Assembly: GCA_037440465.1 (NCBI GenBank)
Contig: JBBIUB010000006.1
Coordinates: 251 to 64,250 of the forward strand
From: Coprothermobacterota bacterium
Lineage (GTDB): Bacteria; Coprothermobacterota; HKB111
Direction of reading: 5' to 3'
Length of the DNA: 64,000 bases
Shown: piece by piece, positions 9,494-17,497 of the stretch
Layout: the number at the start of each line of letters is the position of its first letter
Numbering within the stretch: position 1 is the first letter of the stretch
Notes under the pieces: generated by a model
The model's input: only the letters and a program-made list of their open reading frames with translations
What the model was told of the DNA's origin: nothing
The model's database searches: none
Position numbers and translations under genes: made by a program

Positions 9494-10117
9494 TTATTGT
9501 GATATATCCTTCATTTTCATCTTTTTTCTTTTATCCCGTAAGTACATACCATAGCCTCTGGCTATTAGCGTTAAACCCATAGCGATAATAAGAAGGGCGT
9601 GAGGGAAAAAGCCATATCGAGATAAAACAAGTATAAAAATGGATAACAAAGCGAAAGTACTCATGATTGGGGCAGGTCCTACAAATGGCAAGTATTTAGG
9701 TAGTGAGGTGTGTTTATAAAGTGCTAAGGAGAGAATTGCCGGTATTACGGATATTAACAATTCAATTGGAAATTTAAAGAAGGAGATTCCAAAAGCAGGT
9801 GCTAATCCTCCTCCACCCCTGAAGCCAAATAAGATTGGCCAGCTGTGCCCAGCCACCACCGCAACAGCACAGAGTATCATGGTGTATGAATCAGTAGTAA
9901 ACTTCTGAACCATATAGGCTACCAGGACTCCTTTAAGGGCGTCCAGGATTCCTACAGTTATACCGAAAGTCCAACCAAATTGACGGATTGAACCCGAACC
10001 ACCCGGGTTATCTTTATCACGAATGTCTACCCCTTTAAAGACCTTACTCAGGATAACCCCAAAAAGAACAGACCCTATAAGGTAAGAAATAATAATAAGT
10101 CCTATATTTAATATCAT
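9494..10117 (-). CDS. plsY: glycerol-3-phosphate acyltransferase PlsY
   Basis: 207 aa polytopic; GSGNIGATN-like (GSGSIRQFG) and HSWPILFGFRGGGG motifs. Confidence 0.75.
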   Translation of the reverse strand: MILNIGLIIISYLIGSVLFGVILSKVFKGVDIRDKDNPGGSGSIRQFGWTFGITVGILDALKGVLVAYMVQKFTTDSYTMILCAVAVVAGHSWPILFGFRGGGGLAPAFGISFFKFPIELLISVIPAILSLALYKHTSLPKYLPFVGPAPIMSTFALLSIFILVLSRYGFFPHALLIIAMGLTLIARGYGMYLRDKRKKMKMKDISQ

Positions 10118-10506
10118 TTTTCACCTGCCTTATTAATATTATGAAATTTTAACATATTAAGAACAAAGCTCAGAAGTTATTATCAATGACAGTGGTTGTG
10201 GTCAATATTATTAAGATTAAATAAAAATTGTGTACTCAAGCAAACGATGAAACATTTAAATAAATAATGTTAATTAGACATTTAAAGTTTAATCTGATAG
10301 TATAATAGCAAAGTTTGTATAAAAAGTATCAATTAGATACTTCTCATGCGGTGGATAGAGTATTATTGCTCATTATTGTTGCTACGATACAATGAGGGTT
10401 CTCTATATTTTATTACTTAGAGTAGCTTTTGAAAGTTAGAGTAGACTTGGTGACAGAAGATGCTATTAAACCCAATAGATTGAAATACTAAAAAAGGATC
10501 TGGAGT

Positions 10507-10857
10507 ATGTCTAAAAGAGATGGGAAGCTATCTGTAGAAGATATTTTAGAAGCAATAGGTCTAATAGAAGAATATATTAAAAATGTTAATATTGAGTCTT
10601 TCAAAAAAGACAGGAAAACTAGGAATGTGGTAATAAGAAATCTTGAAATTATCGGAGAAGCTTCCAAATTTATACCTGAAGAGATAAAAGAGAAACATAC
10701 TGACATAGATTAGATAGGTATGATAAGACTTAGAAATAAAATAACTCAGGAGTATTTCGGAATAAGTCCAGTGATAATATGGAAAATCATTAAAGAAGAG
10801 CTTATTGTCCTGAAAATTGGCATGTTAAAATTCTTTAGCATATCTTATTTGAGTTGA
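10507..10857 (+). pseudogene. HepT/DUF86-family toxin gene interrupted by an in-frame TAG (10711-10713); catalytic His of RX4HXY replaced by Gln
   Basis: N part (...VIRNLEIIGEASKFIPEEIKEKHTDID*) and the same-frame continuation (IGMIRLRNKITQEYFGISPVIIWKII...) together align to a HepT of ~116 aa. Confidence 0.55.
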
Positions 10858-10910
10858 AACTGTTTACATAAAAGTTAATGTTATAATTAACAAATGATGG
10901 ATTAAAGGAG

Positions 10911-11309
10911 GTGAATAAAATGGCAGATAATGATGCCCAACTTCTTTTAAACATCGCTCAGATGAGGATGTGGGATAAAGTAGAAGAAGCCTTTATCTGG
11001 ATGTATACTCAATTTCATGTGGACGAATATGTAAAGTTTAAAGAGCGCTATCCTCGGGGTTCTGTAGAAAGAAGAAAGTTCACTACAGTCTGTAACTTCT
11101 TTGAACTCTGTGGTGTGTTGGTATTAAGAGGTCATCTAAATGAAGATCTTTTCTTTGATATGGGATTTGGTCTTGATATCATGTGGAGTAAAGTTAAACC
11201 GATCATGTCGGGTTTCCGTGCTGATACCAGTCCTCGGATGTACGAAAACTTTGAGCTTTTATATAGAAAACATGAGGAGTGGCTTAAGAAGAACCCACCT
11301 AAGTTATAA
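10911..11309 (+). CDS. hypothetical protein
   Basis: 132 aa ORF with RBS AAAGGAGGTGAATAAAATG; no recognised motif. Confidence 0.4.
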   Translation: MNKMADNDAQLLLNIAQMRMWDKVEEAFIWMYTQFHVDEYVKFKERYPRGSVERRKFTTVCNFFELCGVLVLRGHLNEDLFFDMGFGLDIMWSKVKPIMSGFRADTSPRMYENFELLYRKHEEWLKKNPPKL

Positions 11310-11495
11310 CTTTAAGAGCTAATCTTCCTTTAAACCACTCCATACCTTGCAGTATAACTTCTTCTAACTCTCCACCCTCCTCTCATCAAGGGAGGAGATG
11401 ACACATCCCCTAACCCCTCTTGTTAGAGGGGAGATAAAGCGGGGGAGAGAAGGGGAGGGTGTGGTTAATCTAACACCTCAATAAAAAGACTATAA

Positions 11496-12635
11496 TTAAA
11501 ACAGGTGGCGGGGATCTATGGCAATTCCCCTTATTCTTATTTCAAAATGGAGATGAGGGGCAGTGGAAAGACCTGTATCTCCAACTGTTCCTATGATATC
11601 ACCTTTCTTCACCTGTTCTCCTTCTTTAACCTTAATATCTTGAAGGTGGTAGTATAGACTCATTACCCCCAGACCATGATTCAGAATAACTGTATTACCT
11701 CGAACCTTGAGTGGAGTAGCTAAAACCACATAACCTGAATTGGTAGCATAAATGGGCGTACCTTCCTTAGCCTTAAAATCCACACCTCGATGTCTTATAT
11801 AAGACCCATTAATTTTACGCCAGGTCCCAAAGGGGGAGACGATTTCTCCTTCTACAGGCAATAGAAAGTCTCCCTCCAGGAATACCTCAGAGGTCAGCCT
11901 TTTTAATATCCCCTCTACCAGTTCATTTTCGCGCCTTAAGAGCTCGGGATCCAGAAGAGGAACTCTGTCAGGAGAAAGCCTTATCACCTCCCAGGGGAAT
12001 AATCGGGTCTTTAAGCAGATGATCTCTTCTTTTATGCTGTGATTTCCTGCCTCATCCCAGGCTTCTATCAGAAGCTTGTTTTCCGCGGGTGGATTATCTA
12101 TAGAAATGCCTGTAATGATAAAAAAGGAATTGAAGCTGAGTAGAGGAAGATAAGGAAAATCAACGCCATCAAGGGTGGATTTAAGAAACGTCACAGGTTC
12201 ACTAACCTTAACCCAACCCCAGGCTACCCCTCCTGGTTCTGCTACTTTTTTCTCCCAGACGAGTTCTATACCCGGAGGTGTGTTATCCACAATAAAAGTT
12301 ACCTCTGAGTAAGTTAGGTTTTTTCTTCTGGAGGAGTCCCTAACTTCTACTCTGATGGTGTGTTCTCCATCAAGAAGAGTTGTAGTATCAACTTTTATAG
12401 GAAAAGATTGTTCAAGACCCATTTCACCAAGATTAATATTAATAGTTAAGGGCTCACTTTTATCCCACACCTCTAAATCAATTTCTATCTCTCCTCTCAC
12501 CTTTCCTGAAGGAGTAGAAAAAATAATAGTTGGTGGAATCTTGTCAAAATAATAATTTATTACCCTCTCTAAAAAGGGTGAGAGAAGGAGAAAAAAGGCC
12601 AGGGGGATTGCAAAAAGAAGATGCTTTAACTTCAA
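11496..12635 (-). CDS. M23-family metallopeptidase, membrane-anchored
   Basis: C-terminal HRGVDF...HLHFEIR M23 signature; N-terminal TM helix; stop/start adjacency (12635/12637) with the upstream radical SAM gene. Confidence 0.75.
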   Translation of the reverse strand: MKLKHLLFAIPLAFFLLLSPFLERVINYYFDKIPPTIIFSTPSGKVRGEIEIDLEVWDKSEPLTININLGEMGLEQSFPIKVDTTTLLDGEHTIRVEVRDSSRRKNLTYSEVTFIVDNTPPGIELVWEKKVAEPGGVAWGWVKVSEPVTFLKSTLDGVDFPYLPLLSFNSFFIITGISIDNPPAENKLLIEAWDEAGNHSIKEEIICLKTRLFPWEVIRLSPDRVPLLDPELLRRENELVEGILKRLTSEVFLEGDFLLPVEGEIVSPFGTWRKINGSYIRHRGVDFKAKEGTPIYATNSGYVVLATPLKVRGNTVILNHGLGVMSLYYHLQDIKVKEGEQVKKGDIIGTVGDTGLSTAPHLHFEIRIRGIAIDPRHLF

Positions 12636-12636
12636 A

Positions 12637-13740
12637 TCACGGACATTTGACTATATCCTGAGCATAGAGACAATCAGCACAGGATGGGTCTCCTCCCCAG
12701 CAATCAGTGTTTGAAGAGGCATAGTCACAGTTTGGATTTAAATCGCAGTCAACACAGGATGGGAAATTGAAATTGCGAACCCTGTATCTGAATTTCAAAA
12801 ATTCATCTGAGGTATAGATATCCATCAAGCTTTTTTCTGTAATTTTCCCAAAGTGATACTTTTTGACATTCTTTTTCCTTCCAAGAATATAATAAGAGTA
12901 AGAGTGTAACAAAGGATAACAGGGGCTCACCACACCATCGCTGGCAATAACTATAGAGTGGGACTCCATGAACCGACACCTTCTAAAAGCACCCCACTTC
13001 ATTTTAGGAAATTCCATCATACCCCATAATAACCAGTCCTTCATATAGACTGGCCAGGTTGAAGCCTCGGGTAGTTTATGTTCTCCATCGTAAAGCACTT
13101 CCTTAATCATATCTTCAGTATGCGGGAGAATGTTAGTCACTATTACAAAAGAAGCGCCCAGGGTTCTGGCTAACATAGACATAGCTGGTATTTCCTGGAT
13201 GTTTCTCTTCATAGCTACGAACTCTATTCCTATCTTGGGAAGGTGACTCCTTTTGTTCATTTTTTCTTCGTTTAAAGCGTGGATGTTTGCTACAACATTT
13301 GTCAAACTGGAACCTACTCTGATGTTTCCGTACTGCTGGGGTTGTGCGCTATCAAAAGAGACCACTATCTGATCCAGTTTAGCTTTAACAAGTGCTTTAA
13401 CCATATTTCTATCAAGAAGAACTCCATTACTGGAAACTGTAACCTTCAAGTCTGACTTTTTTGCAAGTTCAATCATTTCCAGTATTCTAAGATGGGATAA
13501 AGGCTCGCCAAAACCACCAAAATAAAATTCTTTAACATCCTTGAAATCTTTGAGTTCTTCAATAATTTTTGAAAAAATGAAAAATTCAAGATCATTAACA
13601 GAGTCACACCAGGAGTTTCTGATACAGGTGATACAATTTAAATTACATCTATTAGTTACTTCAATATAAACCCTTTTCAGGTCAGGCTTTTTCTTTAGAA
13701 AAACAAAGCCATCTTCTATCAGTTCTTTTAGATAATTCAT
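12637..13740 (-). CDS. radical SAM/SPASM-domain protein, AOR-associated (Cmo-like cofactor-modifying maturase candidate)
   Basis: CNLNCITC CxxxCxxC motif near the N-terminus; C-terminal Cys-rich SPASM region (CVDCDLNPNC...CADC...KCP); located downstream of aor and two MoaD-like genes. Confidence 0.75.
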   Translation of the reverse strand: MNYLKELIEDGFVFLKKKPDLKRVYIEVTNRCNLNCITCIRNSWCDSVNDLEFFIFSKIIEELKDFKDVKEFYFGGFGEPLSHLRILEMIELAKKSDLKVTVSSNGVLLDRNMVKALVKAKLDQIVVSFDSAQPQQYGNIRVGSSLTNVVANIHALNEEKMNKRSHLPKIGIEFVAMKRNIQEIPAMSMLARTLGASFVIVTNILPHTEDMIKEVLYDGEHKLPEASTWPVYMKDWLLWGMMEFPKMKWGAFRRCRFMESHSIVIASDGVVSPCYPLLHSYSYYILGRKKNVKKYHFGKITEKSLMDIYTSDEFLKFRYRVRNFNFPSCVDCDLNPNCDYASSNTDCWGGDPSCADCLYAQDIVKCP

Positions 13741-13751
13741 CTAACTGATTA

Positions 13752-13985
13752 TTAACCACCGGCTACGGGTGGAAATATCGCTACTCTATCTCCTTCTTTA
13801 AGAATTGTGTCGTCTTCACCTTTTAAACCATTTATAAAGGTTTGTTTTACCTCTTCTCTGGGAATAGATAAAGTTTCGAAAATATCTTTTAGTTTTGTTC
13901 CTTCCTCAATTTCCAGAGTTAAAAACTCACCCGTTTTTAATCGGGGTAGATATTTTTTCAAGGTAGCGTAAGCTGTTACATTTAT
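13752..13985 (-). CDS. MoaD/ThiS-family sulfur-carrier-like protein (C-terminal GG)
   Basis: 78 aa from TTG at 13985 with RBS AAGAGGA; ends ...GDRVAIFPPVAGG; the longer ATG-initiated ORF (to 14078) overlaps the upstream gene and is unlikely. Confidence 0.6.
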   Translation of the reverse strand: MNVTAYATLKKYLPRLKTGEFLTLEIEEGTKLKDIFETLSIPREEVKQTFINGLKGEDDTILKEGDRVAIFPPVAGG

Positions 13986-14001
13986 CTTTATCAATTTTTT
14001 C

Positions 14002-14316
14002 CTAATCCTCTTTTTTCTGAAAATACCATTTATACAACAGTTGCATGTCATCAGGGAATATGCCCAGTCGATCTCCATCCTGGACTTTTCTTCTCAACCC
14101 TGAGTATTCTCCGTTTACAAAAATATTACTACCCACCTCATAAAGCGGGATTCCTATTCTTTGGATAATATCCTCAACACTGTCATCTCTTATGAATTCT
14201 ATCAATAACACAGATTCTCCAAAATGGTCAGGATTTGGAGTGAATCGTCTCAGTTTACCAAAAAGATGAACTTCTACAGCGATGATACATCTCCTTATAA
14301 TAAGGGGGTTAGCCAT
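14002..14316 (-). CDS. MoaD/ThiS-fold (beta-grasp) protein lacking the C-terminal Gly-Gly
   Basis: ...VNGEYSGLRRKVQDGDRLGIFPDDMQLLYKWYFQKKED; MoaD-like core but the GG tail is replaced by a 15-aa extension. Confidence 0.5.
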   Translation of the reverse strand: MANPLIIRRCIIAVEVHLFGKLRRFTPNPDHFGESVLLIEFIRDDSVEDIIQRIGIPLYEVGSNIFVNGEYSGLRRKVQDGDRLGIFPDDMQLLYKWYFQKKED

Positions 14317-14351
14317 CAGTCTAACCCCCTTATTCTTTGTTAATTAACTAA

Positions 14352-16097
14352 CTAAAACTCCCACACACTATCTAATACTTCATCTGAAACATCATAAACC
14401 TGATTGTGTGGTGGCAGAGGTTCATATTTCATAAACTCTGGCACGCGGTCATCAAGCTTGGTAAATCCTGCTGCATCGTTGAAATTCCTCTCGGTTCTCA
14501 TTATCTCCAGTCCTATCCTACCTACATCAGCTACTGTCCAGTTAGTACCCAGGACACCGTTGCAGGTTTCAACCATTCCTTCCAATCCTGAAGGAATATC
14601 CAGAATAGCAAAAGCGATAAAGAGACAGTAGCCTGTTGAGTCAAGGAAAGCGGTTGCTGCCTGAAGACCACGAGAAATAGTGGCTTTTCCTTCCACGCTC
14701 AAGGGGTCTGCTTTTCCTCCCACAGAGAGGATTTCAGGAGCGATAGTGTATCCAGCAGTATGGTCAGCTCCCATAGGAGTAGTGCAGTAGGTAACACCAA
14801 TTCCTTTTACTGCTCTTGGCTCATAGGCTGGCATACCCTGGTCTTTAACTGTGGGACATCTTACCACTCCCAGAGCCTTAGCAGTGAAAGAAGCTCCTTG
14901 ACCGAGTATTCTTCCTAAAGGTGTGCCCTTTCCAATCTCTTCCATAAGTTCTATAGCTTTCTTCCCATCGCCAAAGCTGGCTAATCCACCTTCCATAGCC
15001 ACACCCAGGACAACACCAGCTTCTATTGTATCAAGGCCGATTTCATTACATAATCTAATAAGTTCTCCAGTAACATCCAGATTGTCAATTCCGCAGTTGG
15101 CTCCCAGACTCCAGACGGATTCATATTCCTGCACAGACACTAACTCTGAACCATCAGGATTGGGATAGACATTGGAGCATCTTATAACACATCCCGGATG
15201 GCAGCTGTGACCCATGGTGCCTTTTCCACCCCTTATCTTAACCATCTCGGCGATTGCTTCACCACTTATCTTTGTTGCTCCTTCAAATCTACCACTGGAG
15301 AAATTACGAGTAGGAAGACCACCAGCTTCGTTCAGTATATTTATAAGTACTGCAGTTCCATAGGTGTTTAAAGCTCCTCCTGGTTTGGTAACAGCATGGT
15401 TTCTTAAGGCTTCAACCAGTTTCTTTTGGCCTTCTCTGAAAACAACTTCGTTAACAAGTTTAATTCCCAGAGCATCAGTTGCATCAACTACCATGGCTTT
15501 GATACCCTTGGAACCAAGGACAGCACCCATTCCACCTCTGCCTGAATATCTGGTGGCTCTATTTTCAGTATCTGTAAAGCATACGCCAGCGTTTGCCATT
15601 AGCCATTCACCGGCAGGTCCTATGCACATGATACCTACCTTATCTCCATATTTTTCAAGAAGTTTATTGACTGTTTTTGAAGTTACTAATCCTGCTAGTT
15701 CATTAGCAGGTAGTAACTCTAAACCATTCTTATCAACTTTTAGTAGATATTTTTTGTTTTTATCTTTAGGTTGACCTTCAATTATTATTGCCTTAATACC
15801 TAATCTCGCTAAATATTGACTTGTTTTTGTACCTGCGTTAGTCTCTTTTATTCCATTAGTTAAAGGAGATTTACCACCAACAGATACTCTGCCTGAGCTT
15901 GGAGCAGCTGTTCCAGTTACTATACCTGGTGCAAATACTACCTTGTTGTTTGGACCCAGGGGATGACTGAGAGGTGGAACTTCATCATAGGTAATTTGAG
16001 AAGTTAAACTTCTCCCACCGAGAAGAGCATATTTTTCGGGAACTGCCTCTTCTTTCACAGTTAAATCATCCATGTTTACTCTGATAATCTTGGACAT
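14352..16097 (-). CDS. aor: tungsten-containing aldehyde:ferredoxin oxidoreductase (AOR family)
   Basis: 581 aa; N-terminal MSKIIRVNMDDL...LLGGR, GLDTIEAG pterin-binding motif, and overall AOR architecture. Confidence 0.85.
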   Translation of the reverse strand: MSKIIRVNMDDLTVKEEAVPEKYALLGGRSLTSQITYDEVPPLSHPLGPNNKVVFAPGIVTGTAAPSSGRVSVGGKSPLTNGIKETNAGTKTSQYLARLGIKAIIIEGQPKDKNKKYLLKVDKNGLELLPANELAGLVTSKTVNKLLEKYGDKVGIMCIGPAGEWLMANAGVCFTDTENRATRYSGRGGMGAVLGSKGIKAMVVDATDALGIKLVNEVVFREGQKKLVEALRNHAVTKPGGALNTYGTAVLINILNEAGGLPTRNFSSGRFEGATKISGEAIAEMVKIRGGKGTMGHSCHPGCVIRCSNVYPNPDGSELVSVQEYESVWSLGANCGIDNLDVTGELIRLCNEIGLDTIEAGVVLGVAMEGGLASFGDGKKAIELMEEIGKGTPLGRILGQGASFTAKALGVVRCPTVKDQGMPAYEPRAVKGIGVTYCTTPMGADHTAGYTIAPEILSVGGKADPLSVEGKATISRGLQAATAFLDSTGYCLFIAFAILDIPSGLEGMVETCNGVLGTNWTVADVGRIGLEIMRTERNFNDAAGFTKLDDRVPEFMKYEPLPPHNQVYDVSDEVLDSVWEF

Positions 16098-16509
16098 AAT
16101 TTATCCTCCTTCTTTAAAAAAGTCTGTCTTTTTTAAAACCTTCTGCACTTTTTCCCTTAGTTACACCTCCTTTTTTTATAGCATTATGGAGATTAAAACT
16201 TAAATACCTTAAGATGTATTTATTATAAAATACTAATTAAATTTAAATATCCCACCTACTTTATCTTAGTTAAGAATAACACTTGAACAATGAATTGTCA
16301 ATAATTTGTTAGAGCAATCAGCCTATCTAAATATAAATACCTATGTAAAACAATGTTCTTTAAATAACCTCCTTTTTTGAAGGAAGAAAATTGTAAAGAA
16401 TTATGAAAAGTTATTCATTGAATACATAGAAAATGCTGTAAGATGATTACAGCATTTTTCTAAAAGATTACTATTTTGTTTAAATAAAAATTAAATAAGC
16501 TTTATTTTT

Positions 16510-16815
16510 TTATTCTTCTTCATCATCTCCTACATTGGCTAATTCTTCTTTTTTTACTGCGATTTCTGAATCAATTATCTTTATTTTTTCGTCAGCTTCC
16601 TTTATTGCGTTAAGTATATCGTCTGAGGTTTTACCCTGGGAAAATAAATCATATACGGTTTTTCCTAAGTTTTCAATTGTTGATCTTTTTTTCCCTTCCA
16701 AACCTGATATATCAAGTTTCAATTTAGCACTTTGAGCTAAGTCTTTTGTACCTTTGGCTATTTTTTCTCCTGCATCTTTTGCTGTTTGTTTAAATTTATC
16801 CCATAAACCTGCCAT
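16510..16815 (-). CDS. hypothetical coiled-coil protein
   Basis: 101 aa, K/E-rich, RBS AAAGGGGGTACAAAATG (reverse strand). Confidence 0.4.
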   Translation of the reverse strand: MAGLWDKFKQTAKDAGEKIAKGTKDLAQSAKLKLDISGLEGKKRSTIENLGKTVYDLFSQGKTSDDILNAIKEADEKIKIIDSEIAVKKEELANVGDDEEE

Positions 16816-17010
16816 TTTGTACCCCCTTTAATTATTAAATAATTTTAGTATTCTGGTTTGAAAATGTGTTTATAATTTTATCAGCCTGAAACACTTATTT
16901 TCAACTGATATATTATCATAGCCTTTAACCTGTGTATAGCCTTTGTAAAGTATTAGCAAGAGCATTGTAAAACAAAATTCAAAAGCGTAGTATTCTTGTC
17001 ACCCTGAACC

Positions 17011-17065
17011 CTATCCTGAACTTGTTTCAGGGTATTTCAAGTGCCTATCCTGAACTTGTTTCAGG
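17011..17065. promoter_or_regulatory. two perfect 21-bp direct repeats (CTATCCTGAACTTGTTTCAGG), each with a CCTGAA-N5-TTCAGG palindrome, spaced 34 bp apart
   Basis: Exact duplicate at 17011-17031 and 17045-17065 in the divergent intergenic region upstream of csoR. Confidence 0.45.
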
Positions 17066-17170
17066 ATGACATGCTTTTTTATCAGCATTAGTAAAAAACA
17101 CTCAACAAAACTTATAGGCTATGATTTTATTTTAGTTTTGACTTAATAGTTGAGATGAATTATAATTAAC

Positions 17171-17194
17171 TATCCCCACCCCAGGGAGGGGATA
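17171..17194. promoter_or_regulatory. candidate CsoR operator (TATCCCC-ACCCCAGGGA-GGGGATA)
   Basis: GC-rich pseudo-palindrome of the ATACCC...GGGTAT type described for CsoR operators, 37 nt upstream of the csoR start. Confidence 0.55.
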
Positions 17195-17230
17195 AAATTC
17201 TCTTTATAGTATATACTAAGGAGGTTTACT

Positions 17231-17497
17231 ATGCTGCATAAAGAGAGTTTAAAGGAAGTGATAGACAGGCTTGCTAAAATAGAAGGACACATAAGAAGTG
17301 TCAGGGAAATGGTTTCTTCCGGTAGAGATTGCCCTGATGTTCTTATTCAGATAGCAGCAGTGAGATCCGCCTTAAATCAAGTTGGAAAATTAATAATGGA
17401 AGAACATATAGAAACTTGTATCGTGAAAGCTTTTGAGGAAGGGGAAGAAGAAAAAGCTATTGCTGATTTAAAGGAGGCACTTAGAAAACTTATATGA
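17231..17497 (+). CDS. csoR: CsoR/RcnR-family metal-sensing transcriptional repressor
   Basis: 88 aa all-helical; GRDCPDV...EEHIETC metal-ligand pattern; stop overlaps the ATPase start (ATATGA). Confidence 0.8.
   Translation: MLHKESLKEVIDRLAKIEGHIRSVREMVSSGRDCPDVLIQIAAVRSALNQVGKLIMEEHIETCIVKAFEEGEEEKAIADLKEALRKLI

Noticed and set aside
10711-10713. Programmed UAG readthrough or pyrrolysine in the HepT gene
   Set aside because: No pyl genes or suppressor tRNA are visible and the catalytic His is also lost; pseudogenisation is the simpler explanation.
13752-14078. Cys-rich N-terminal extension (MEIDWAYSLMTCNCCING...) of the MoaD-like ORF as a possible RiPP precursor for the adjacent radical SAM/SPASM enzyme
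   Set aside because: The extension overlaps the 3' end of the upstream MoaD-like gene by 77 nt. A TTG start at 13985 with RBS AAGAGGA yields a canonical 78-aa MoaD protein. No independent peptide gene is evident.
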